The position numbers were made by a program, and so were the translations under genes. 64,000 bases of DNA from positions 11,532,001-11,596,000 of the forward strand of contig JANJGN010000038.1 in NCBI GenBank assembly GCA_026770705.1, given 5' to 3'. The notes under the pieces are model-generated. The model was not told the DNA's origin. It worked only from the letters and a program-made list of their open reading frames with translations, and did not search any database. This stretch comes from Isurus oxyrinchus (Eukaryota). Below, piece after piece: positions 48,606 through 60,800 of this stretch; within the stretch, counting starts at the first letter, position 1; each line of letters begins with the position of its first letter.

Positions 48606-49749
48606 TAAGAGGTGATGTTGCACGGCGTAACTTTACAATGAAAGTACTTAAAGAGCAGCCTTGGTTTCATGTTTTGCAGGAAAACATTCCCCACCCCCTT
48701 GTCTGTTCCGATCCTAATTCATGTCCTTTATTTAAAAAAGAATTCTATAATCAGTTCCCTAGAAATGTACTTGGAGAGTGAACATGTGGTGTCACCAGTG
48801 TTTTCAAATGTTGACTCATTTTCTATGAAAATTTTGTCTCATAGAATTGCCCTACTTTCCATTCAGCCTTTTTCTTCTGTCATCACTCAGTTGGAGATAA
48901 GGAGCCGCCGTTAGAGCCGGAAATGCACCTGTCTCGTTCTGTCCCACCTTGTACCGCAACTGTCACTCCCAGGTTACAGCAGCAGCGAGAAGCGTCACCT
49001 CACGAGGTGATTTTAACATAACCTCAACAGTTAAAAATGCCCACGTGTGTTTTACGTCTCATGGAGGCTTTGCTGTGGCAAAAGCGATATCATTAGAATT
49101 TCATTGCCTATGCAAATTATTGCACTTGTTAATGTCACAGAAGGAAGTAAAATACAAAGTATCGTTTTGATAAGCAGTTGGTAACAAATAATGTAACAGA
49201 ATTGTCCAAAGGGGAAACGTTTTATTTATATGTCCCTTGTTTATTTTTTGTGAAATCCAGGCAGGACTCTAATATCCTGGTGCCTCTAATTGAACTCAAA
49301 CAAAAAAACAAAGGTTCAATATTTACAAAATATTCCCTGCAAGTTAATGACTTCTGCCACGTTCTGTGACACGCTACATTATATACAATACGTTGGTGAA
49401 CTTCAATGTACTTGGTGAAATTCAATCGTAATTTCCAGCTGTTAGTCATTGCAACAAGTTCACACTTGCGTCGAGAGTGAATAATCTAAATTTGATGCTG
49501 TCAAAATATATTGCTTCCTTCCCTCTGAATAAACTCGTTATCCTGTTTGGATTTTTGATGCTTGCAGCTTGGTCGATTGTAACGTTTCCTTTCTCATTGC
49601 CTGGAGAATCGTAGCCCTGGTTAACCGCAAAGATTGAACATTACGACATATCAGTGGGGACACAAGAAGGGAACAACGATCCTCAATGCGGCTAGTTTCA
49701 GAGGTCAATTTGTGCCATTTTCTCTAGGTTACTATGTTAATACACGTTA

Positions 49750-50203
49750 ATGAGAGCTGCAGTGCGCTTACTCCTTTTCGGTGCCGTATTTGGAGCATTT
49801 ATCACGGGTAAGTATTATTGGAAGTATTTTTGAACCAAACGTAACAGCACTTTAAAAATGGGTTAGCTTTTGATTTTATTTTCGATTTAAAGCTGGCCTG
49901 ACTCAGGAAATCTCTGTGACACAACACCTCCTGACAGTGCTTTGGACAAAAGGAGGCATTACAACTTCAGAATGCTTCTATTTCAGTACCAAGGGTTCCT
50001 TCCGCTTATTCTGGGTCTTGCAATAACCGGGCAAATAATTACAAATTCTACTTCGCAAGATTTCGGCTGGTTACCAAATGAGAGCACATTCTGCTCGAAG
50101 CCTTTTCTCGTCTGTACTGGTCACTACGAATACCATCATTATCTTAAAATTCTCCAAACTGCGGCTCTCTGACGCAGCCTATGTATTACTACGTATTGAC
50201 GCT
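49750..50203 (+). pseudogene. TCR alpha/delta-type V pseudogene with leader (leader 49750-49807, V exon 49893-50203)
   Basis: Leader MRAAVRLLLFGAVFGAFIT g|gtaagt; 85-nt intron; taaag|ct ggc. V exon AGLTQEISVTQHLLTVLWTKGGITTSECFYFSTKGSFRLFWVLQ*PGK*LQILLRK...LKFSKLRLSDAA/MYYYV. Stops at 50024 and 50036, a +1 frameshift near 50180, and the second Cys lost. Confidence 0.85.
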
Positions 50204-50242
50204 CGCAGCGATTGGAACCAGCCCGACAATCGTACAATAACT
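50204..50242 (+). promoter_or_regulatory. Degenerate 23-RSS (CGCAGCG - 23 nt - ACAATAACT)
   Basis: cgcagcg (50204-50210) + attggaaccagcccgacaatcgt (23 nt) + acaataact (50234-50242). The invariant CAC is mutated. Confidence 0.8.
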
Positions 50243-52329
50243 TGGTTGGCCCATGTGACTTGGAGGTAAGCTCTCATTGCGACTGTGGAACCTGGTAGTG
50301 AGAAGAACAGCACTCGCTATACGGTGTGCTGTCAGGGTCACAGGACAAATATAATATAGCGGTTCAGATAAATATTTGCAAACGGTACCAAAGCCTCAAA
50401 TGTACCAATATGGCTTATAGAGTGGAATGAGTTAGATTTAATTTCCCAGTTATCGATCCAAACATGAAAGTCATATTTCTCTGGTGCATCTCTAGTGAAA
50501 TGGTAAAGAAAGGCTTCAGCAAGGACAGGATTTACATTATAGTGATTTTTTTAAAAAAACTTTGTCGATGATGTGAGTTTCAGTGAGTAGCGCACAGTTT
50601 CATAGAAAGCATTTCCAAGAGGTTAAGGTAGATCAGTTCAATCAAGGGCAGATTTCCTTGCTTGGGAGGTCACTTTGCTTACTATAGATATGTCAGGAAT
50701 GAGCTAGTCTTCATCTCTCTTGGTTATGTGGTAACCTTCAGCTCCATACGGTAGACCCTCAGAAAATGCCTCTATCGAGGCAGGTGACATAAGAAATGCG
50801 GGGAGTCCCTGTTGGGCGCTGTAATTGTCTTCCGTTGAATGATTAGATTGGCAGTTCAGCCAAAGGCAAAGTCTTTTGAGTGATCCTTGCTAAAGCTGAT
50901 TTTCTTTCGCAGCTAAATCGGGAGAAGTAATGGGCTGGAACACGTAACATGTAATAAGAGAGAAAGTAACGTTCAAAGAGTTGATATTAGGGCAGGTACG
51001 AATCAGCCATTCCTGTTCAACCAGGGAGCTGTAATAGGAATTCGCCAGAAACCTGTGTTTCCCGAAATGCTCTATTAAATGTAAAGGATGAATAAAATTG
51101 TTCTGCAATTTCAAACTTTCAAAGCGTCGAAACTACACCTGAGCTCAGAAAAGAAAATGTCATTGCCAAACCGATGACTAATTTCACAGCTATTCTAAAA
51201 TTCATACCGTTAAGATTGTTAATGATGCGTTTTTGCTCATGAAAACATCAGAAACAACTGGAGACGGATTTCACCCGAATTTAATGATACATCACAAACA
51301 ATGGCAATAATATTGAAACCCATAAATTTAAAATGCATTATGTTAAAACGTCATGACATATGTTTTCATACTTAGTTTGTTTATCCTATATCTGCCTTCA
51401 TAGATATTATATTTTAAACCTGCATAAAATGTTGGAAAATCTATATGAGAAATTGTTATCAGTAGTATTTTTCTATGCGTGGGTAATGACCACGAATGCG
51501 AACATATGGGCTTGAACTTACTAAATTGTCAGATAACTTATAATCTGAACATTAAGGGAGACCATTCACTAAAATTACAACACATCGATAAAAGGAAATG
51601 TTTGCCATATTTGTCACATGTCTCACAAAGGCATCAGGATGAAACACATACCACATATCACCATCCCTGTTCTATTCTAGATGACGAAAACGAGCAGAGA
51701 ATGTTAGAATTAATATTTATCTATCCTATTCATATGGATAAAATAGATCAGATACAGAAGTAAGATGACGTTATTTTGAAACTCCAAGCTCCTTTGTCAT
51801 TCGCTAGAATCATGACTAAAATTATTGACTGAAATTCATGGCAACATTTATTTGATTCTCTTTGATTTATCGATTTCTCTCTTGAATACACCTACAGTCC
51901 AATTGCGGTCGAGATTTCCAATGATTCACAATTCTCTGAGTTTGAACATTTATTGCCACCTCAGCTCTAAATGGCCGATCTCTTACTTAGTATGTAATAT
52001 ATTAATTACACCAAAAACACTAAATCTGGACTAGCACCCAGTATTTGACAAGGGTTTAGAGGAAAATCACTCCTCTTGTACGTATTCCTCTATTACGAAA
52101 TCTATGGTGCTGAGAAACCATCTCTGTTCATCCTGTGACCTACAAATTTTGGTTTCATTTAATCCCAGGAGCTCTTGCCCCCTGATAAAATCACGCATTT
52201 AATCCATATTACCTTTCCTCACTATACCTACCAAAATGGATAATTTAATACTTCTCCGAGAATGTAACCTGTTATGTGTCTGTCTATATCGCCAGAATGT
52301 GTCAATTATTTTCCACATCATTAGTGGAT

Positions 52330-52720
52330 TGCATAGCTTCATTGTTTTATCTCTGCCTTTTAGCCTATTTCGATCCCTTCCCTTTACCCCACTCCACCCC
52401 CACTAGGGCTATCTGTACCTTGCTTGTCATGCTTTCTACCCTTAATTAGAACATTCCTTAGATAATATCACCACCTTCAATCCGTCTTTGTCCTTTTGTC
52501 TGTGACATCATTTGGTTATCTCCAACTATCACTGGCCCTCTATCCAGCTCTACCTGTTCCCCATCCCCCCGACACCCCACTTAATCCAGCTTATATTTCA
52601 CCTCTCTTCTATTTTTACTTAGTTCTGTTGAAGAGTCATACGTACTCGGAACATTAACTGTGTTCCTCTCCACAGAGGCTGCCATACCTGCTGAGTTTTT
52701 CCAGGTATTTTTTATTTGTG
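52330..52720 (+). mobile_element. Penelope-derived 3' repeat (pyrimidine-rich body, hammerhead-like tail)
   Basis: Ends agttctgttgaagagtcatacgtactcggaacattaactgtgttcctctccacagaggctgcc...gagtttttccagg; a sister tail is at 47612-47710. Confidence 0.6.
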
Positions 52721-52934
52721 TTACCTAAATCTGTATTCCTCCTTCCCCTTGCAGTAAGCAACAGCAATCCATTTGCCATCCACATCAATTGTTGCATCTG
52801 GATTCCAGCTTTCCTTTTGTTATTCATGTAGCAGAACACAAAGCTCCCTCTGTACAGAAGAATTTTGCAATATCTTTCAATTTAAATATAATAGTGCTTT
52901 TTGTTCTCCACTATCCTGCCAAGTGGACACCGCA

Positions 52935-53700
52935 ACAGTTCCATGTGCCCTAAATTCCCACTTAATTAACAGTCCCTCTGTATCCTCACTGACCATTCGT
53001 TCATCAGTTCCCATGTTTCTGAAATTTAATTTCATGATTGCTCCAAATGTATCCTTCCTGACCAATGCATTAAGAGCCCCATAGGCCTGGGCTGCCGATT
53101 CTTTATTAGTCGTCATATATTCTTGCCGACCACGCCATTGTTAGTCCTGGATTTCTGAATGAACCCGTTGTTATCAGTCTCCATATCTCGGATTTTACCT
53201 TGGGATTCTTCGTCTCCATGTAACCTTACTGCCAATTCAATCATCATACAAGTATCCTGACGGACCATAGAATTTTCTGTCATCATATACCCTTATTGAA
53301 AGTTCAGTAGTCTATATTCTTGCATTCACAGAAAACATTTTATTTATGCTCCCCATCTATTCTACTGAGCATTTAATTCTCAGTCCCAAAGTATCCTTCA
53401 AGACCATTGTATTAACGTTTCCCATGCATCATTCCAGGCCATTCGATTGCTTTGCCCCATGTATCCATCCTGATCATTCAATTTTTAATACGCGTATTTG
53501 ATCACTGACTTGCTTTATGAATCATCATGCTTAATTACAGGTCACTTCGTTGACAGTTCCCATGTTCCCTTACAGACCATTGCATTTTCAAACCTCACGT
53601 TATTATTAGCCCCTTTGTGTCCTTAATAATTTACGAATTTGCAGTCCCCGTTTATCCATACTAGCCATATATTATCAATTCCCGTTTGTCCTTGATCTGC
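52935..53700. repeat. Highly degenerate ~34-35-bp tandem repeat
   Basis: Recurring unit cagtccc(c)atgtatccttactgaccatt..: cagtccctctgtatcctcactgaccattcg, cagtcccaaagtatccttcaagaccattg, gccccatgtatccatcctgatcattc, cagttcccatgttcccttacagaccattg. Confidence 0.7.
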
Positions 53701-54139
53701 CTCTTTCAACTCTGTGAAGTTGTTAGATAATCATTTAATTTGGAAGCCTGATATTGCATGGTAACATGATATCACATGGACACTGATTACCATGTATATG
53801 AATCTGTTCCATTCAGACTAGTTGCTGTGAGACTGCATTGCTCACCTAATTTGTCTTCCAAAGTTGCTTTTTTAAAGTTATTTTATTCATTTTGGATAAA
53901 TTTACTCTGTTTAGATGGCACGCTATTTTTGATGTACTATAAAATAGAAAATCATGGGATAAAAGCATGAATTCACGTTGTTTGGTCCTTGACTGTAATT
54001 AATGTAAACCAGTGTGTAGTTGTATTGCCTCAGTAGGGAGTTCCTATGTATTATAAATAGATATTATTTTTGCTGTGAGTACCGGTGTTTAGTTGACTGT
54101 TGTTCACGTTACAAACCATAATCTTTGGATACCACTAAC

Positions 54140-54245
54140 AGTCATATAATTTTCTGGAACCTTCCAATTCGAGTCCAGAAACTTTGGACAATTTATGATT
54201 TAGAAGAAATTTACTACCCACTCATTGCTACACTAGGTTTGCCAA
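54140..54245 (+). pseudogene. Orphan exon 1 of a further GPR139-like gene (donor mutated, no exon 2 in the window)
   Basis: NFWNLPIRVQKLWTIYDLEEIYYPLIATLGLP followed by a|ttgagt. It parallels IVWVIYDLQRIYFPLLAAVGIP g|gtgagt at 39449-39353. Confidence 0.75.
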
Positions 54246-54695
54246 TTGAGTTATCATTTCGTAAGTTACTTATGGACACTGCACTTCACTACACATAAGC
54301 TAATTTACATCAGATTATTATTTGTTTACTGCATAATCCACGTGCTCTGTTTAAGATGCTTGTGAAATGTAATATTTGATCTTTCGCTGATTCTGTCTTG
54401 TATTTCAATAAACATTTTGATTTTCTCATGACCTGCTTCAACTAGCAGTCTCTGAAGTCTTGCACAATATCCATTCATATTTCAGGTCCCTTCAGTTTGC
54501 TTTCTTTCCACCGTCTCCTGCTCCTTCATGTCATGACTGATTCTGGATTGACAGTGTAGATGAAAACCTGTAACACATGTTCTCGTAAAATGTTTATTCG
54601 ACTGATAGCTGGGATGGGGTGTGAGGCTTATTTTATGAGGACAGTTTGGTCAGGCCTGGGACTGTAACCATTGGAGTTTAGAATATAGAGAGATG

Positions 54696-54752
54696 ATACC
54701 AGATACTGCGTGACACATCAGGAGAGACCACAATCATTAGAAAGTTAGCTGT

Positions 54753-54805
<53 letters not shown>

Positions 54806-57800
54806 AGAACAGAATTAGTGCCGAAACTCTCAGTTACAGCTGCGGTTTGGTGGGAGAGGGTAAGGAATTTGCATCATGAATACTTGATTCAACGCTGGAA
54901 CTGATTAATTTAGCAAAGTAGTACGGCTGGTTTCTTTTATTAATATTGTCCCAAATAAATTGGAACTTGGAACATGAAATAACGCAAAACACTTATTTTC
55001 TGATTCTTGTAAAGTTTATGCAATCTAGAAGTAGAAGGAATTGAACAAGACTAACGTATTAAATTGACAAAAGGGCAGCCTGAAGTTGGCATAACGTACA
55101 GATAATAAATCAATACATTTACTCGTTTAAAATGCGGTAAATAATAACGTTATGAAATGTTATGGAACCGCTATAATAGTTAAAGCAATAGAATGACAGG
55201 AAATAAGATATGGATAATAACTCATTCCAAATAAATAAATGAGGGAACCACGGGACGATGGAAAATAAAGTTTAGCGAACGCCATTGATTCAATTCGGGT
55301 TTTGTTCCTGTGGAAACAGGGCAAAGAGCATGAGCGTTTTTTTTGCAGCTCAATGATTGCTGTAGTGCGAGATTAGTTCTCGCATTATTAGTGAAGCTTT
55401 TCAATTGAAGAAGCAGAAAGACCTCCACTGATTAAAAGTGCGACAGAGCAGATAGTGCTGTCCTTCCTCAGGAGTATGCAGCTAGGTTAGGAACTCGAGA
55501 TCGGGAGTAGGGCTCAAACCCAAGGCTTGACCACTGATATTTCAAAATTTAGATCCCCGAAATAAAGTGGCTATGAGCATAATAAATGCCAGCTCCGATG
55601 GGTATCACACAGCCTTGACAACAAAATGCATTTTAGGAGAATTGAATGGAGCAGTTAATAGTAGCAACAGAGTAAAAAATAAAAGTCTTCATAACTGTTC
55701 ATCGATTGCAACCATTTGATAAATTTACGAATAAACATGTGGAGGGTAAAAAAAATATAGAAAAATACATACCACTAATATTTATGGTTTTCTGCCAATT
55801 GGAAAATATGCTGATCCCTAATGGCTAAGCTCAAAGCGCCACAAAAAACACCCTTCCATAAATTATATTCCTTCTCCCACATTGCTCATTCAGTTATCCA
55901 ACAACAACCCTTCGCAATGTCCTCTTCTTAACCAAAATATTTACTGTGCCACATGGCTTATTTTCGGCAGCAATTTGGATACGAAACTTACTGTTGCCTC
56001 ATTTTTTAACCTCCTAAATGCGGTGAAAAGCTGAGACCCAAATACAAATCGTGCGAATCAGCTGTCACCCCCTGTCAGTTGAACTGTATTCACAGTATCC
56101 ATCAACAAATTAGATGAACATTGCATATACCACAGCCATCGTGACTTAAATTTACATCGATATCACTGTAAATTAACATCTAGGCAAGTACAATAAACGA
56201 CCTGTTTAACTAAGAAATTCAAGAAATAATGACATTAATGAAGTAACAATTAAACTACATTGTGCAGCATTTGTATCATTGCCAAAAAGTCCGTCAACAC
56301 ACGACACAGAAATCGCGGGAACACATTAAGCAATCTTGAATCTTTTACTGTTGGAGGACAGCCAAACATCCGGTAGAAGCTAGACAGTAAACATCTGACC
56401 CTCAAGCCTTCACAGTTAAACAAAGATTGAAAAGACCTAATTCCGGAAAAAAAATACATAGAATACAATGAATTCAGATTTAGAATGTTTCTGTCTCGTC
56501 CTTTGAGTGGCTCAGAAAACTGACTGGAAAATAAACAGCCGAACACAGGCTTAATACCAGTGCAATGATAATAACATGGAGATCTGTCACCGCCATGGAT
56601 ACTGCGTATCTGGAAAGACCACATCTTCCTCGGGAACGGATCACGATGGTCAGAAAGTTAGCTGCAAGCGAGAGAGAGAGAGAGAAAGAGATGAGAGAGA
56701 AGGGAAGAATTAATGCTGAATCTCCCAGCTACAACGTCCGTTTGGCGAGAGAATGGTATGGCACATGGGCCATCGATACTTCATTCAACGCTGGAACTGA
56801 TTAGTTTACCAATGCATTAATTCTGGTCTATTTTTTATTTATATTGTCTCAGATAAAGTGGAAGTCGGAATATAAAATGACACAAAACTGTTACTTTCCG
56901 ATTCATGTACATTTTATGTAATCTAGAAGGAGAAGGAATTGATCTTCACTAACGTATTAAATTGGCAAAAGGACAACCTCAAAATGGCATAAAAATACAG
57001 ATAAAAGCTCAATACATTTATTCATTTATAAATACAGTAAATAATAACGTTATGAAACTTTAAATCACTATAATGAAGAAACCAATCGAATGACAGGAAA
57101 TAAGGTATGGGTAATAACGAAATCCTAATAAATATCAGAAGGAACCAATGTACGTTGAAAAAGAAAATCTAAGCGAACACCATTGATTCAACTTGGGTTT
57201 TGTCCCTGTGGAAGCAAGACAAAGCGCATCAAAGGCGTTTTTTCAGTTCAGTGACTGCTGTAGTGGGAGATTAGGTCTCGCAGCAGTAGTGAGGATTTTC
57301 AACTGATAAAGCAGAAAGACCTCGGTTTACAGCCTCGTCGGAAGGATCACAGAGTAGATAGTGCTGGACTTCCTCAGGGGCATGGAGCTGGGCTACAGAC
57401 ACCAGTTCGGAAGTAGGGAACAAACCCAGGGCTTTCCGAATGAACACTGAGATTTCAAAATTTAGTTGAACTAAATAAAGTGGCTACGAATATAATTATT
57501 TCCGGCTCCGAAGGATATCACACAGCCTTGAAAACAAAGTGCCTTTAAAGAGAATTGAATGCAGTTGTTAACAGCAGCAACGAAGTTAAAAATGGTCTTC
57601 ATAACAGTTCATCGACTGCAATGATTGATGTTAAAGTTACGCAATGCAAATCGAACACCAATAATCATGTGGCGGGTGAACAAAAACATGGAAAATACTT
57701 ACCACTATCATTTATAGTTTCACGCTAATTAGAAAATATGGTGACGTGCAATGGTTAAGCTTAAAGCACCAGAGAAAAATACCTTTCCACAAATTGTATT

Positions 57801-60800
57801 CCTTCTCCCACAGTTTGCTCATTCAGTTATCCAACAACAACCCTTCGCAATGTCCTGTTCTTCTCTAAACTATTTACTGTACCACATGGCTTATTTTCGG
57901 CAGCAATTTGGATACGAAACTTACTGTTGCTTCATTTTGATCCTTCTAAATGCGGTGAAAAGCTGAGGCCCACATACAAATCCTGCGAATCAGCTGTCAC
58001 TCCCTGCCAATTCAACTGTATTTGCATGATCCATCAACAAATTAGATGAGCTTTGTACACACCGCAACCATCGTGAGTTAAATTTACATCGATATCAATG
58101 TAAAATTAACATCTAAGCATGTAAAATAAATGACCCGTTTAATGAAGAAATTGAGGTGTAAATTACAATATTGAAGTAACAATTAAACTATATTATGCAG
58201 CAACCGTATCATTGCCAATAATCCTGTCAACACAAGAAACAGAATGCCTGGGAACTCATAAATCAACCTTCATGCGTTCCTTAAAACGTTGCACCCAAGC
58301 AACTTTACGATTGGTAACTGGGAACATATTTTCTGCTGTCTACCTTATCTCAACCCGTTTAATCTAGGAAGTTTCTACCAAACATCTCATCAATTCCCTT
58401 TCCTCCGATGAGAACAACCCAAGCTCCACTCACAGAATATTGCTGCCAAGGAGCTGCATCCCTGTTAACATTCGAGTAAATCTCCTCTACACTGCATAAA
58501 GGACACAAACATTTTACCTGGTGCATGGTGACCAGAAACGGACGCAGCAATTTAATTATGGTCTAACCAGAGTGTAAATTGTTTCAGCACAGCTTCCTCG
58601 TATTTATGCTCACTTTCTCGATTTATGAACTCGGAAATTCCAAAGCCTGTTGTAACGATACTTTCAACATGTCATGGCACCTTTGAATATCAATTCACAT
58701 GGACCCTCAGGTCCCTCTGTCCTTACGCACTGTTTAGAACCTTAACATTAAATGGATGTGGTTCCTCACTGGCCATTTTACTAAATCTAGCATTTCCTGG
58801 GTTAAGTCCCATCTGCCACTTTGATTCAGATGCTGTAGACTTTTGAAATCGGAAGTCCTCTTCCTAACTGTTTCCAACATTCTGATATGTCAGAGTTCTC
58901 GTAGTATTGTCTATGAAAAAGGTTAAATGTTGCGTTTCCAGTTTTATCTGAAACTAGCATTGCCTTCTTCATCTTGTTTCGCTCTTTTATTTCAATAATT
59001 GGGCGAGCACAGGCTTGGCTAATTTAGTTTAAATTATTCGCGACTACACTAGCTGTGCAACATTACTGGTCACAGCTCTGTTGTTTTGCATACCGTCCCT
59101 ATTGAACAAGTGCCTCCAGCTGATTCCACCCCCCCCCCCCACCCCACAAGACCACCCACTCCCCTTCCCATACTTCCCTGAAGAATCAGTGCTGCTCCAT
59201 GTTGAATGCCATTTGCAGGACAGACTAAGAGTTGTAAGGTCGCAGAATGATCTCAGGGGGCTTCAGTGTCCATCACCAAGCGTGTCTCCGAAGCACCAAT
59301 AAAAATTGACCTGGCTGCATGCCTATGGACGTTGCCTGTAGGAGGTGGTGAGAGAGCCAAAGAGAGGGAAGAACACACCTTACCTGATCATAAGTAAACT
59401 ACCGGTAGCAGATGTAGATGCACCTGTCCACCATAGTATTGAGAGAAGCCTCCAGTACACATTCTGTGTAAACATGAAAACTGTTACACTTTCGTGCTGT
59501 GTGGCGCTACCATTGTGCTAAATCAAATCAAGAAAATTAAAGTCGGATTTCCATTAGGTGCAGTGAGCCATCAGCAGCTATAGCATTGAATCAAATGTTA
59601 GTTTGTAAACTCACGGCCCGTTATATCCCTCACTTGGACATTACGAACATATGAAGCGATCAATTCTGATAAAGTGAATGGTGTCGGACAGCATGCCAGG
59701 GTTCTGCACCCACCGGACCTAAAAAGGAGGTTTCGACCTGGTGAAGCAAAAAAAAAACAGAAACCTGTGCAATCCAAGCAACTGAAAAAGCATGTGATTG
59801 ACAGCACTAAGATATCCCACAAAGAATTGGTCAAACCAAAGATCTGCAAGCCTTCCACATCCAATCATGAATAGCGGTGGACAATAGAAGAATAAAGAGA
59901 AAGAGGGTATTCCACGAACATCCCTAACCCTAAAGATGGGTGAGTCCAGCATATCGGTGCAAAAAGAGATGGCTGAAGGATTTTAATCCACATTCAGCCA
60001 GAACTTCCGAGTGGAAGATCCATCTCAGACTCCTCCTGAGGTCTCTATCGTCCCAGGGTTCTGTCCTCACCCAATTCGATTGTTTCCATTTAATATAAAA
60101 GACGATTGAGTACAAAATATGCCACAAAGGCAACGGGCCCGATAAAAGAGCCGCCTGTAGAATTGAAGATTAGTGCTTCAGAATGAGCCGACTCTATTTC
60201 CGACTTCTGCACATCTGAGAAAGCTGGCAATGACTCAAACAATTGGAAGGTGCCAAAATATGGCCTGTCCAGAAAAGGAAGGAAAAATCCATTCCGGTCA
60301 AATATCGCCACATTAGTCTACATTGCATTACAAGCAAAGTGATGGAAAGTCTCCCCATTTTTGTTAATGGTTGGTCGAAATCATTCATGTGAATGGCGCT
60401 GTGCTTCACGAAGAGTTTCGTGGTATCTTTGTAATGTTTCCTTGTCCTTCCCTGGAACGTTGGCCACTTAAGTGATGGAAAATTTGGAGCATGTGGTGTG
60501 GGGTCGATTTCCTTGAGGCATGAGCATAAATTTAAAATGAATAATAGTTCATTGCAGTATTAATGGAGAGCTGCGCTGATTGAAGTTCGGCCAATCGGGT
60601 GGCATCTAAAACTTAAGCGATTTTCACGATCCCAGGTGCATGCAAGAAACATCATGTGGAGCAATTTGGCTTGGAGGGGCTTTATATGAATTAAAAATAT
60701 CCCTATTTTTGCCCATAGCTTCGGTCACATTGAGCAAAACGGTGTTGCTGTGGACTGTGCGTTGACCCAAGTAATTTATTAATACTGAAACATACACAGA

